Part shown: piece by piece, positions 26,676 through 36,288 of the stretch | Layout of the letters: the number at the start of each line of letters is the position of its first letter | How positions within the stretch are numbered: position 1 is the first letter of the stretch | NCBI GenBank assembly: GCA_003250475.1 | Contig: QKGI01000136.1 | Span: 19,188-83,187 of the forward strand | DNA from: Bacteroidota bacterium | Lineage (GTDB): Bacteria; Bacteroidota; Bacteroidia; Bacteroidales; VadinHA17 | DNA length: 64,000 bases | Direction: 5' to 3' | Made by a program: the position numbers and the translations under genes | Notes under the pieces: generated by a model | What the model was told of the DNA's origin: nothing | Seen by the model: the letters and a program-made list of their open reading frames with translations, nothing else | Database searches by the model: none

Positions 26676-27689
26676 ATGATGCCAAGGAATTTTTTTTTGC
26701 CTGTGTTGCTTATCGCGCTTATTACAGCGTCATGTGTTACAGGTAAGCGATACAATACTCTGAATGACAGGAGCGCCATGCTGATGTCAGAGCGTGATTC
26801 GCTTAAGGCGGAAAATATCTGGCTTACGATGTCAAACAGGGAGTTGACTACTAAGTCTATGCAGCTCACTGCAGATGCAGCAAGCCTGACGAAGAAGCTC
26901 GGAGAGGCTCAGAGCCGGCTCGAGCAGTCCAGGGACGAGGTCAGCAGGCTTTCGACACGTTATGAAGAGTTGCAGCTTGCTCAACAGGAGCTGGAAGCAG
27001 GTAAGGCCAGGGAGACTCAAAAGCTGCTTTCCGAGCTGAGACAGGCCCAGGGTGAATTGCAGCAGAGGGAAGAACTTATGCGTGACCTGGAGATGAACCT
27101 GGACACCAAGAAAGCATCTCTCGAGGAGCTTACCTATGAGCTTGAAAAGAGAAACGTGCGGCTCGCCGAGCTTGAAAAGATGCTTGATGCACAGCAGCAG
27201 GCAGTAAAGGCTCTTAAGGATAAAGTGTCGGAGGCTCTTTTCGGGTTTGAAAATAACGGCCTTACCGTAACAATGAAGAACGGACAGGTATATGTCTCAA
27301 TGGATGACAAGCTGCTCTTCAAGACAGGCAGCTATGAGATAGACTCTAACGGCCGTATTGCACTCCGTAAGCTGGGAACACTCCTGGAGAAAAATCCGGA
27401 TATCACAATCACCATTGAGGGCCATACCGACGATGTTCCATACCGGGCTGCCCCCGGTCAGCAGATACTGGATAACTGGGATCTGAGTGTCAAAAGGGCC
27501 ACCACGGTGGTAAGGGTGCTGACTCAGGATACCCATATCAATCCAAAGCGTCTTGTAGCGTCAGGCCGCAGTGAATACATGCCTGTAGATTCAAGGAAAA
27601 CATCTGACGCCAGGCAAAAGAACAGAAGGACGGAGATCATTCTGACGCCTGATCTCTCTGCTCTTTACAAGGTGCTTGAGAGTTATTAG
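26676..27689 (+). CDS. OmpA/MotB-domain lipoprotein with long coiled-coil
   Basis: Lipobox ITASC. A Q/E/L-rich coiled-coil region of about 170 aa. The C-terminal OmpA-like domain has IEGHTDDVPY, NWDLSVKRATTVVRVL and NRRTEIIL. Confidence 0.85.
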   Translation: MMPRNFFLPVLLIALITASCVTGKRYNTLNDRSAMLMSERDSLKAENIWLTMSNRELTTKSMQLTADAASLTKKLGEAQSRLEQSRDEVSRLSTRYEELQLAQQELEAGKARETQKLLSELRQAQGELQQREELMRDLEMNLDTKKASLEELTYELEKRNVRLAELEKMLDAQQQAVKALKDKVSEALFGFENNGLTVTMKNGQVYVSMDDKLLFKTGSYEIDSNGRIALRKLGTLLEKNPDITITIEGHTDDVPYRAAPGQQILDNWDLSVKRATTVVRVLTQDTHINPKRLVASGRSEYMPVDSRKTSDARQKNRRTEIILTPDLSALYKVLESY

Positions 27690-27699
27690 CAGCACTACT

Positions 27700-29214
27700 T
27701 CAGTCGTTGAACTCACCCAGCCTGACCTTTAATTTTTCAAGGGCTTCGACGAGGTCATCCTCGGGTTTAAGGAAATCAAAGTCTTTCCAGTAGCCGGCGT
27801 CATAGCCGTTTATCGTCAGTGAGAATATAGAATAGACCGGGGCCAGTTCCTCATGATCAAACCTTGATACATTTTCTGTACGGTAGTCGGTTATTGCCAG
27901 TTCGAAAAAAACATTGAAGCGGCTGCTGAAGACCTTCTTTCTCCCTTTTGCAATGAAGCCTAAATCACCTCTTACATGGACCAGATAATATCTCCCGTCC
28001 ACGTTCCGGTACCGGGTACGGTACCTGATATATTCGGGCTTCATTGAATATTCCCTCGGAAGTCTGCTGACGAATGATTCGCCTGTCTGATCAACGTAAC
28101 CGGGATTGACCTCAAAGTCGGCAAGTATTACACTGTAGTTATCGACGTTAATATATATATCACCCTGCAGCAGGGGTTCGGTAATCCAATCCTTTTGCCG
28201 GAATGAAATTACGTATGCTGTCTGCCCGTCAACAGTGACAATATCTGTCAGGTGATAATCATAGGAGTCAAAAGACTGGGGATCAATGAAGTCAAACAGA
28301 TGCCTCATACCGTCAAGAGAGAGAGTGGCGCTCAGTCCTGCTTTGAGCCTGACAGCCAGGGTGTCCTTTATTTCCAGGCTCTCGATCTTTCTGCTCCGCA
28401 AAATTTTAATCTGATCATTCTGGAGTGATCTGGCATAAGGGCTTTTATAAATCTGTACTACAGCTTCGGAGTAAACCTGCGGTTCTTTTCTCCGATATAC
28501 TCCCTCCCGGTAAAACCCGGTGAGCAATGCCGGGGAGGTACCATAGTTTGATGCAATGGAAGAGATAGTCTTCCTGATGATGAGCTGTGGGTCCTGGGCT
28601 CTTATTATTATTTCAGGTATGGGAATGAAATCTCTCTGCATGTTGATGGTCATCACGTTACCGGGCAGACTCCGTACAGGTATCAGCCTGTTTACATATC
28701 CCACATATGAAACGGTAAGGGTGTCATCCATACACTCTTCGCTTATTCTCAGGACAAACTCGCCATTGATGTTTGTCACCGTTCCCCTTCCACGGTGACT
28801 GATCCCTATTGTTGCATAGGGCAGGGGCTCCGAGGTCTCCATATCTGTTATCGTTCCGCCGATGGATAGAAATGCCGGAACTGAGTCACGGCCGGCCACT
28901 GCATCTGCAGTGACGGCCATTTCCCGGTAGAGTATTATGTGCCTGCCGATGACGGAATACCTGATTGCAGGGTCACCCGTTATGGAGTCAAGCAGTACCC
29001 TGACCTGCATCTGATCAGAGGGCAGTGAGAATGTTCTATCGGTGTTTATGATCTGGGTGTCATAGGTAAAGAGAAAGCCGGTAATCCTGCTTAACTCGTT
29101 CAGCGCCCTGGATGCCTTTATGCTTTTCCCCGGCAGTTGTATGTATCTGTCAAGGATGCTCTCCTGCGAAAAAGAATGCAGTGAGACCAGAAGCAGGCCG
29201 GCAACCAGGATCAT
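27700..29214 (-). CDS. secreted protein: STN-like signalling domain + CarboxypepD_reg domain + ~330-aa domain of unknown function (not a TonB-dependent barrel)
   Basis: The probable start is MILVAGLLLVSLHSFSQ (29214). The N-terminal stretch KASRALNELSRITGFLFTYDTQII...VRVLLDSITGDPAIRYSVIGRHIILY resembles the STN extension of FecA/SusC transducers. Next is GGTITDMETSEPLPYATIGI...NINGEFVL (CarboxypepD_reg). The remainder is colinear with 30788-32077. Confidence 0.6.
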   Translation of the reverse strand: MILVAGLLLVSLHSFSQESILDRYIQLPGKSIKASRALNELSRITGFLFTYDTQIINTDRTFSLPSDQMQVRVLLDSITGDPAIRYSVIGRHIILYREMAVTADAVAGRDSVPAFLSIGGTITDMETSEPLPYATIGISHRGRGTVTNINGEFVLRISEECMDDTLTVSYVGYVNRLIPVRSLPGNVMTINMQRDFIPIPEIIIRAQDPQLIIRKTISSIASNYGTSPALLTGFYREGVYRRKEPQVYSEAVVQIYKSPYARSLQNDQIKILRSRKIESLEIKDTLAVRLKAGLSATLSLDGMRHLFDFIDPQSFDSYDYHLTDIVTVDGQTAYVISFRQKDWITEPLLQGDIYINVDNYSVILADFEVNPGYVDQTGESFVSRLPREYSMKPEYIRYRTRYRNVDGRYYLVHVRGDLGFIAKGRKKVFSSRFNVFFELAITDYRTENVSRFDHEELAPVYSIFSLTINGYDAGYWKDFDFLKPEDDLVEALEKLKVRLGEFND

Positions 29215-29250
29215 GTGATTTCCCTTTGAACCTGTCGGCCACATCAGTTT

Positions 29251-30237
29251 TTATTGTGCCTGTCCCGGATGAAGTATGTAGGTACCTCCTTCCATGACAG
29301 AATGAAGGTTAAAGGTAGTGCAAATCAGTTTAATAATTGTATCATGAGGCTGTTGTTCGAAGGGAGAGGTAAGCCTGTAATCATTTATAGCCGGGTCAGC
29401 TGCCTTAATATCAATGCCGAAGGTACGTTTAAGATCCGAAAACACCACCTCAAGACGTTCACCGTCATAGACAAGCATATCGGTATGCCATGCCAGGTAG
29501 TTGGCGTTGGTATTGAGTTCCCTTGTTGCGCCGGCATCTGACACAATACCTAAAGACCGGGGTTCGAGAATCACACTCTGTGACCCGTCATTGCTTGTCA
29601 GCACCACCGTCCCTGTTGTGACATAAACCTCAACCTCATGGTTGACATTATCAGTTATCACGTTAAAGGATGTTCCAAGGACTCTTACATTAGCTTTGCC
29701 TGCATCGATAATAAAGGGCCGCTGTGCATCAGGAGCTATATCGAAGAAGGCTTCTCCTCTTAAAGATACCTTGCGTTTACTGCTCCTGAATTCCTTCGGG
29801 TAGGTAAGCCGGCTGTTACGGTTCAGGAAAACCTTACTGCCGTCTGCCAACAGCACTTCGAGGTTCTTCTGGTCGCCCGCCGATATCACAGTCATCTTTT
29901 CAGGGGCCGCCACCTCGAAGAGCATCCATCCCAGTCCGGCAACGATGATCACCATTGCGGCAATCCTGGCAAAGGTCCTCAGGAAAGTATCACGCTGCAT
30001 AGGAATGACCTGGCTTTCTATTTCAATCCTGCGGTTAAGCCTGTCCCAGGCTTTGTCAACATCTATCACTTCATTATCCTGATATTTCAGGTCATTCCAT
30101 TTCTTCATTATCTCACTATCTTCACTGATCAGGAGGCGGGCAGCATCGTTGCCTGAGTTCTCTTCACCTGAGAGCCATGCAGCTGCATCGGCCCATTCCC
30201 GGTCATTCAATTCTTCTATCTTTCTTTTCTTCTTCAT
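29251..30237 (-). CDS. FecR-family anti-sigma factor
   Basis: Short cytoplasmic N-terminus and a single TM helix (IAAMVIIVAGLGWMLF). The periplasmic FecR region has SLRGEAFFDI and ANVRVLGTSFNV. Its start codon overlaps the sigma gene stop (TAATG). Confidence 0.85.
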   Translation of the reverse strand: MKKKRKIEELNDREWADAAAWLSGEENSGNDAARLLISEDSEIMKKWNDLKYQDNEVIDVDKAWDRLNRRIEIESQVIPMQRDTFLRTFARIAAMVIIVAGLGWMLFEVAAPEKMTVISAGDQKNLEVLLADGSKVFLNRNSRLTYPKEFRSSKRKVSLRGEAFFDIAPDAQRPFIIDAGKANVRVLGTSFNVITDNVNHEVEVYVTTGTVVLTSNDGSQSVILEPRSLGIVSDAGATRELNTNANYLAWHTDMLVYDGERLEVVFSDLKRTFGIDIKAADPAINDYRLTSPFEQQPHDTIIKLICTTFNLHSVMEGGTYILHPGQAQ

Positions 30238-30770
30238 TACTCTGCAAGTGCTTTTCTGAATTCCCTGAGCGCTTTACCCATGTCTGCCTCAACTGTCTTG
30301 AGGGATACCGCCAGTTTTTCAGCTATTTCATTATACTTCAGTCCTTCAAACCGGCTCATCCGGAATATAGCCCTGCATCTTTCCGGCAGTCTTTCAAGTA
30401 CCCTGGCCACCCTGGCCTGAAGCTCGTTGTAGTAGATTGCTTCTGTAACAGGCTCCGTTGTCAGCTCTGACCTGGAAGCGATCTCGCCGGCATGGCGACT
30501 GACCACCTTCTGATGTTCTATGTAATGCAACGCTCTGTTATGTACTGACCGGTAGAGATATCCGTTCAGCGAGGTTTCAATTCTAAGGTTCTGCCTGTCC
30601 TGCCACAGCCTGAAGAAAAGGTCCTGGACAATCTCTTCGGAGGCATCGTGATCTTTTACAAAGGTTGTGGCGTAACGTACCAGTGAAACATAGGAGGACC
30701 GGAACAGCTTTTCAAACTCCTGTTTGTCTCCCTGCCTGATCCTCCTTATTATTTCACCGCTGCTGTGCAT
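30237..30770 (-). CDS. ECF (sigma-70 group 4) RNA polymerase sigma factor
   Basis: 177 aa. Region 2 has SEEIVQDLFFRLW. Region 4 has LPERCRAIFRMSRFEGLKYNEIAEKLAVSLKTVEADMGKAL. Confidence 0.9.
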   Translation of the reverse strand: MHSSGEIIRRIRQGDKQEFEKLFRSSYVSLVRYATTFVKDHDASEEIVQDLFFRLWQDRQNLRIETSLNGYLYRSVHNRALHYIEHQKVVSRHAGEIASRSELTTEPVTEAIYYNELQARVARVLERLPERCRAIFRMSRFEGLKYNEIAEKLAVSLKTVEADMGKALREFRKALAE

Positions 30771-30787
30771 AGGCCATTGGCGACTAT

Positions 30788-32077
30788 TTATTCTGTCCTG
30801 TCGCTGAATTTGACTTTCCTGCTCAGCTTCCTTATGGCTGCCTCGATACTCTGATCGGGCTCGATCACATTATAGTCACCCCAGAAGTCCGGATCGGCAA
30901 AGGCTGTCACCTCTTCGGTAAAGACATCTGAGGGCTTGATCCTCTCTTTGGATGAGAACTTCACCACATCTTCCTCTGTACGGTCGGTGATGGCAAGTTC
31001 TGACATAGTTGTGTAGTTGGTATTAAAGAGTTTCCTCTTCCAGTCGACTTTAAACTTGACCTCTGCCCTTGAGTGGGTAAAGTACCATTTACCATTCATC
31101 TCGCGATATCGTACAAGGTAAGAAGTCAGTTCGGGGGTCACCTGCATACCCATCGGTTTCTTCCTGATGAACATCGACGCTGCAAGGTCCTTGTTCTCAA
31201 GATTGAAGGCGAATTCTGCCTGGGCCACAGCATAGGTCTCAATATCAATGAAGAGACGTCCCTGATACAACGGGGTTGTTATGGAGGGCTTCTGGTAGAA
31301 GTTTATCACATAGTTGGTCCTGTCGTCGATGACAACGATGCTCGAAAGTTCGAGGTCATACTGGGCGAGGGCTTCCCTGGTGAGAAATGTCTCGGGATTC
31401 TTGACAACGTCAAGGTAGAGTGTGGTTGTGGGACCGCCCTGGAGTTTGAAGAGGACTGTGTCCATCTTATCAACGTCACTGCTCTTCCTTCCCTTGTATA
31501 TCCTTACGGCATCATACCTCAGCTCATTCTGATAGGGAGCCTTGAATACTTCAACCACGGCCTCGCCTATAGAGACATAAGAGCGGTTTTTCCTTATCGT
31601 CTCGCGGTAGAAACCAGTCATGTCATTGGCTACCGCAGGATAATTTTCACTGAAGCGGTCAATCACCTTTTCTATGATCTCCTCAGGGACAAGAGGTTTG
31701 ACGATAACTTCTCTTATCGGTATCATCGCAGTCTCAAGTGCAATTACATTGCGCTGACCGTTGGTTTTCATCTCGTCAACCGACATCACCCTGTTCTTGT
31801 AACCTATATAGGAAAATTCAAGCTTGCCTGCTTCCCCCTCACCAATTTTAAGGGTGAATTCACCGTCAAGGTTTGTAACGGTAGATACATTGGTTCCCTG
31901 AACTGCTATACCGGCAAAAATAAGTGGCTGATTTGTTTCGGCATCAACCACCCTTCCGCGGATGGTAGTCACCTGTTGCTGATCCTTCTTTGTTCTTGCG
32001 GATGCATCTATGTCACCTGCAGGCAGAAGGAAGAGTAGCGTAGCTACTGCTGCTGTTAGTAAAACTTTTGTTTTCAT
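30788..32077 (-). CDS. secreted CarboxypepD_reg-domain protein, paralog of 27700-29214 lacking the STN-like extension
   Basis: Signal peptide and TIRGRVVDAETNQPLIFAGIAVQGTNVSTVTNLDGEFTL. The remainder aligns by eye with the paralog: GFYRETIRKNRSYVSIGEAVVEVFKAPY vs GFYREGVYRRKEPQVYSEAVVQIYKSPY, and ELAITDRTEE vs ELAITDYRTE. Confidence 0.75.
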   Translation of the reverse strand: MKTKVLLTAAVATLLFLLPAGDIDASARTKKDQQQVTTIRGRVVDAETNQPLIFAGIAVQGTNVSTVTNLDGEFTLKIGEGEAGKLEFSYIGYKNRVMSVDEMKTNGQRNVIALETAMIPIREVIVKPLVPEEIIEKVIDRFSENYPAVANDMTGFYRETIRKNRSYVSIGEAVVEVFKAPYQNELRYDAVRIYKGRKSSDVDKMDTVLFKLQGGPTTTLYLDVVKNPETFLTREALAQYDLELSSIVVIDDRTNYVINFYQKPSITTPLYQGRLFIDIETYAVAQAEFAFNLENKDLAASMFIRKKPMGMQVTPELTSYLVRYREMNGKWYFTHSRAEVKFKVDWKRKLFNTNYTTMSELAITDRTEEDVVKFSSKERIKPSDVFTEEVTAFADPDFWGDYNVIEPDQSIEAAIRKLSRKVKFSDRTE

Positions 32078-32156
32078 GGTCTTTTATCAGTTTTTGTTCT
32101 TAATCCGGATCGTGTTTCCATACTTATGACCGGAATTGCCCACTCTCCCCTATACA

Positions 32157-33158
32157 ATGAACAAAAAAAAATGTTTATTTGCCTCTGCCATGCCTGCTCC
32201 GTTTCTTAATGCAAGTTACTCTGTTTTCTCTTATGCCGTTAAGAGAACAACCGGCATTTCCGTTAATCCGCCGTTACCTGGCGCCGTCAGCGTTGAGCTA
32301 AGCAGTAAATGCAACCTGGGTTGCCCCGAATGCGTCACTGGCTCCGGCCTTCTGACAAGAAGGAGTGATTTCATGAGTTACGACCTTGCTTCCATGATTG
32401 CCTCTGAGTTTCGCGGGAGGGCCCTTTCTGTATGGCTCAGTTTTCAGGGAGAGCCGCTCATGCATCCCCGGTTCTTCAGTATAGCAGAGCTCTTCAGGGG
32501 AATGAACCCGGTCATATCAACCAACGGACACTTTCTTGACAGTGAGACGTGCCTCAGGCTTGCAGAGTCTCCACTGAAAGAGATAATAATCTCTTACGAT
32601 GGCGTTTCGGCAGATACGTATAATATATACAGGGCGGGGGGTGATCATGAACGCGTTACCGGGGGCATAAGGAGACTGGCCGGAATAGCTGGAAAAAGGC
32701 GCTCGGCACCAAAGCTTACCCTGCAGTTCCTCCTTCACAGGGGTAATGAACATGAGGCCGGCGCAGCTGCAGCATTTGCTGCATCAATAGGCGCCGGGTT
32801 CAGAATAAAGACTATACAGGTACTCGATAATCAAAGGGCAGGATTATGGATCCCGTCCGACAGGAAGAGGTCAAGATACAGCTTCTCCGGCGGACAATGG
32901 AAGATTACCGGCATCCCGGCAAAAGGCTGCCTGAGGATGTGGACAACGACGGTAATAACCACTGACGGCGACGTTGTGCCCTGTTGCTATGATAAAAATG
33001 CCGGCCATATAATGGGCAATATCCAAAGCCGGACCTTCAGAGAGATATGGTACGGGACCCGTTACAGGTCATTCAGGGATTCCGTTATGCAAAGCCGCAG
33101 CATGACAGATATCTGCCGTCAGTGTCCACAGGGTAAACGGATTTTTTTTAAAGGCTGA
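32157..33158 (+). CDS. radical SAM protein with SPASM-like C-terminal Cys cluster
   Basis: CNLGCPEC (Cx3Cx2C), with C-terminal DGDVVPCCYD and CRQCPQG. The start is uncertain: TTG 32136, ATG 32157 or ATG 32190. Confidence 0.8.
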   Translation: MNKKKCLFASAMPAPFLNASYSVFSYAVKRTTGISVNPPLPGAVSVELSSKCNLGCPECVTGSGLLTRRSDFMSYDLASMIASEFRGRALSVWLSFQGEPLMHPRFFSIAELFRGMNPVISTNGHFLDSETCLRLAESPLKEIIISYDGVSADTYNIYRAGGDHERVTGGIRRLAGIAGKRRSAPKLTLQFLLHRGNEHEAGAAAAFAASIGAGFRIKTIQVLDNQRAGLWIPSDRKRSRYSFSGGQWKITGIPAKGCLRMWTTTVITTDGDVVPCCYDKNAGHIMGNIQSRTFREIWYGTRYRSFRDSVMQSRSMTDICRQCPQGKRIFFKG

Positions 33159-33222
33159 GAATTATTGCCTTTGCTACGTGTTCATCATTTACTAATTTTA
33201 AGGAAACCAAACTGAACCTCGT

Positions 33223-35619
33223 ATGAAGATACTTAAACTCTCCCTGACAGTCATTGCTGCTGTTCTTGTTGTAGCACTTGCAGCAGGGATAATTATTGCT
33301 TCCTCCCTGCGTAAGTCCGGACTGCCGGAACTTAACGGCGAAAAGACTGTCAAAGGCCTTACGGCTGATGCCAGGGTTATCCGTGATGAGCGTGGTGTGC
33401 CTCATATCTATGCAGGCAATACGCATGATCTTTATTTTCTTACCGGTTATGTCACCGCCCAGGAAAGGCTCTGGCAGATGGATATGGTAAGACATGCAAC
33501 CCGGGGCCGGCTGTCGGAACTGTTTAAAAGAGATATGCTCGAGACAGATTATTTTCTCAGAGCGCTGGGTATGTCAAAAAAATCAAAACTGGTACTGGAA
33601 AATGAGGATCCGGCTGTCCTCGCTACCCTGCAGGCATATACCGACGGTGTGAATGCATGGATAACGGAGTGCGGGAAGAAACTACCACCGGAGTTTAAGG
33701 TGCTGGGATATAGCCCTGACCCATGGACGCTTACAGATATAACCAATATCATAGGGTTCATCGGATGGGACCTGGCCTCTTCCAACCTCAGTGACGAGAT
33801 AAACAATTATAAGCTTGTCAAGACACTCGGTCCGGAAAAAGCTTCAGAGCTGATTGCTGACTGGAACCTGGTGGATGAGGTGGTCTACCCGGACTTCACC
33901 ATTGATGAAGAGCTGTTGGAGAACGCTGTTTCCTCAATAGGTTCGATGAAAAAACTGGAGGAGCTGGGTATTGTCACGCTGTCAGGCAGCAATAACTGGG
34001 CTGTCTCCGGGTCAAGAAGTGAGACCGGCAAACCCATTTTATCGAATGACATGCATCTGGGCTTTAATGTGCCGGGCTTCTGGATGCAGATGCACCAGGT
34101 CATCCCGGGCGAACTAAATGTAACAGGTGTTCTCTTTCCGGGAGAGCCCTTTATCATTGCAGGGCACAATGAAAGGATTGCCTGGGGCATGACGAATCTC
34201 AGCGTGGACGATATCGATCTATTTGTGGAGACTGTTGATTCTTCAGGAAATAACTACCTGTACAATGGTCAGTGGCTTCCGTTCAGGGACGAGGATGAGG
34301 AAATAAGGCTCTCAAAAGATTCTGTCGTCACAAAGTCAATAAGGTATACTCATCACGGGCCGGTCATCTCCGGCATGCGGGGTATTGACGATGCGGTACT
34401 TACAATGCGCTGGTCAGGATATGACTATAGTGATGAAATAAAGGCGGTGTACCTTCTTAACAGGGCAGGGTCATGGGATGAGTTCCGTGCGGCTTTAAGC
34501 AACTTCAGGTCTATAAGTCAGAATTTTGCCTACGCTGATGTCGATGGTAATATCGGGCTGAACACCGGGGGAGGTGTTCCTGTAAGAAAAGGAACCGGGT
34601 TGTTGCCCAGGAGAGGCGACACTGATGAGTATGAATGGAAAGGATATGTGCCATTTGAGGTTCTTCCCACCTCATTTAATCCGCCAAATGGATTTGTATC
34701 CTCGGCAAACCAGCGCACAGTGACAGCTGACTATCCTTTTTACATCAGCGGCGAGTTCTCTATGCCGTACCGTATTATGCGCATACGGGAGATGGCAGCA
34801 GAGAAGGAGATACTAGGGATAGAAGATTTCAGGAAGATGGTGACAGACAATCACTCTGCATATGCAGCCATGCTTACCCCGGTAATCCTGAAGGCAGCCG
34901 CCACCATCGGCGAACCTGATGCGACAGAACAGGCTGCCATAGAGGAGCTCAAGACATGGGATTACTCGATGAATGCTTCGCTGATTGCCCCTTCATTGTT
35001 CGAAGTAATACGGATCGAACTGGCTCACAATATCATGTATGATGAGCTTGGCGATTTGTACGGATCGCCACTGGGAAGACAATATGACTTTTATATATAC
35101 AGCATGATAAAAGAGGGTCCTGATGAGTGGATTGACAATGTCAGCACTCCCGAGCAGGAGACCATGGATGAGATCATGGTCATGAGCATAAGATCTGCCA
35201 TTGATACTCTTACTGCAAGGTGTGGTGACTATGGAGAAAACTGGCAGTGGGGCAAAATACACACCTTCACCCTTGAGCATCCGATGGGTAGCGTTAAAAT
35301 ACTTGACAGACTGCTTGGTCTCAACTCAAAAACATATGGCGTGGGAGGCAGCTATCATACTGTTGAACCTTACTCTTACAGGAACAATTTCCGTGCAAAT
35401 CACGGTGCGTCGGAACGTCATATCTTCAACACGGCCGACTGGGATAAATCACTGACAGTGATACCGACAGGCACCTCTGGCATCCCGGGCAGTCCGTTCT
35501 ACCTCTCTCAGACTGATACTTACGTAAACAACGGATTCTTTTCAGAACCGTTTTCTGATCAGGCTGTAGAAGCAGCAAAAAAGTATGAGATGATTTTCAA
35601 GCCCGGTGTGAACGAATAA
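33223..35619 (+). CDS. penicillin/AHL acylase family (S45 Ntn-hydrolase) protein
   Basis: 798 aa with an N-terminal membrane anchor. It has DERGVPHIYA, AQERLWQMD and the autoprocessing/nucleophile site LSGSNNWAVSG. Confidence 0.88.
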   Translation: MKILKLSLTVIAAVLVVALAAGIIIASSLRKSGLPELNGEKTVKGLTADARVIRDERGVPHIYAGNTHDLYFLTGYVTAQERLWQMDMVRHATRGRLSELFKRDMLETDYFLRALGMSKKSKLVLENEDPAVLATLQAYTDGVNAWITECGKKLPPEFKVLGYSPDPWTLTDITNIIGFIGWDLASSNLSDEINNYKLVKTLGPEKASELIADWNLVDEVVYPDFTIDEELLENAVSSIGSMKKLEELGIVTLSGSNNWAVSGSRSETGKPILSNDMHLGFNVPGFWMQMHQVIPGELNVTGVLFPGEPFIIAGHNERIAWGMTNLSVDDIDLFVETVDSSGNNYLYNGQWLPFRDEDEEIRLSKDSVVTKSIRYTHHGPVISGMRGIDDAVLTMRWSGYDYSDEIKAVYLLNRAGSWDEFRAALSNFRSISQNFAYADVDGNIGLNTGGGVPVRKGTGLLPRRGDTDEYEWKGYVPFEVLPTSFNPPNGFVSSANQRTVTADYPFYISGEFSMPYRIMRIREMAAEKEILGIEDFRKMVTDNHSAYAAMLTPVILKAAATIGEPDATEQAAIEELKTWDYSMNASLIAPSLFEVIRIELAHNIMYDELGDLYGSPLGRQYDFYIYSMIKEGPDEWIDNVSTPEQETMDEIMVMSIRSAIDTLTARCGDYGENWQWGKIHTFTLEHPMGSVKILDRLLGLNSKTYGVGGSYHTVEPYSYRNNFRANHGASERHIFNTADWDKSLTVIPTGTSGIPGSPFYLSQTDTYVNNGFFSEPFSDQAVEAAKKYEMIFKPGVNE

Positions 35620-35649
35620 CCGTTACAGGAAATGATTGCAAAGGAGAGG

Positions 35650-35680
35650 CTGTCTCAACCAGAGGCAGTTTCTCTTTTTT
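35650..35680 (+). terminator. candidate intrinsic terminator after the acylase gene
   Basis: CTGTCTC-aacca-GAGGCAG (7 bp including one G-U pair) followed by TTTCTCTTTTTT. It abuts the convergent frr stop codon. Confidence 0.4.
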
Positions 35681-36242
35681 ATACAGTCATTATCTCCTTT
35701 TCCTTTACCTCTATGATTTTGTCAACGCGGGAAATATGGCGGTCCGTCAAATCCTGGATCAGCTTTTCGCCGTTTTTTTCCTCATCTTCCGGCAATCCTT
35801 CCTTGAGGAGTGTTTTCAGCTCGTCAAGGAACCACTTGCGGCTGGTACGGATGCTGATCTTGGCTGTCTCGCCTTCCTGTTTTACCTGCCTGACCAGCTG
35901 GTGCCTGCGCTCTTCCGTTAGAGGGGGAACATTTATGCGGATTGCCTCTCCGTTATTTATCGGGGTCATGCCTATGTTGGCAGCCAGTATAGCCTTTTCA
36001 ATAACGCTCAGCATATTTTTCTCCCATGGCTGTATAAGGATACTCTTGGCGTCAGGAGTGTTTATGTTGGATACCTGTGCCAGGGGTGTCATGGTACCGT
36101 AATAGTCAACACTGATTCCGTCAAGCAGGAGTGGATTGGCGCGGCCGGCACGGAGATGTGAAAGCTCATATTCAAGATGTTTGATGGCTTTCTCCATCTT
36201 TTCTTCAGACTCATCTTTAATAAGTTCCAGTTCGTCAGTCAT
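35679..36242 (-). CDS. frr: ribosome recycling factor
   Basis: 187 aa with LSHLRAGRANPLLLDGISVDYYG and LTEERRHQLVRQVKQEGE motifs. Confidence 0.95.
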   Translation of the reverse strand: MTDELELIKDESEEKMEKAIKHLEYELSHLRAGRANPLLLDGISVDYYGTMTPLAQVSNINTPDAKSILIQPWEKNMLSVIEKAILAANIGMTPINNGEAIRINVPPLTEERRHQLVRQVKQEGETAKISIRTSRKWFLDELKTLLKEGLPEDEEKNGEKLIQDLTDRHISRVDKIIEVKEKEIMTV

Positions 36243-36288
36243 ATGGTTGATGTTATTCTGATAAAGACAAATGTAAAAAAATTTTCTT

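Noticed and set aside
31073-32038. 321-aa ORF on the plus strand
   Set aside because: It lies entirely antisense to the motif-bearing CarboxypepD_reg paralog (30788-32077). It has no recognisable motif or signal. It is a typical shadow ORF of a coding region.
35632-36102. 156-aa plus-strand ORF
   Set aside because: It is antisense to frr, which is unambiguous.
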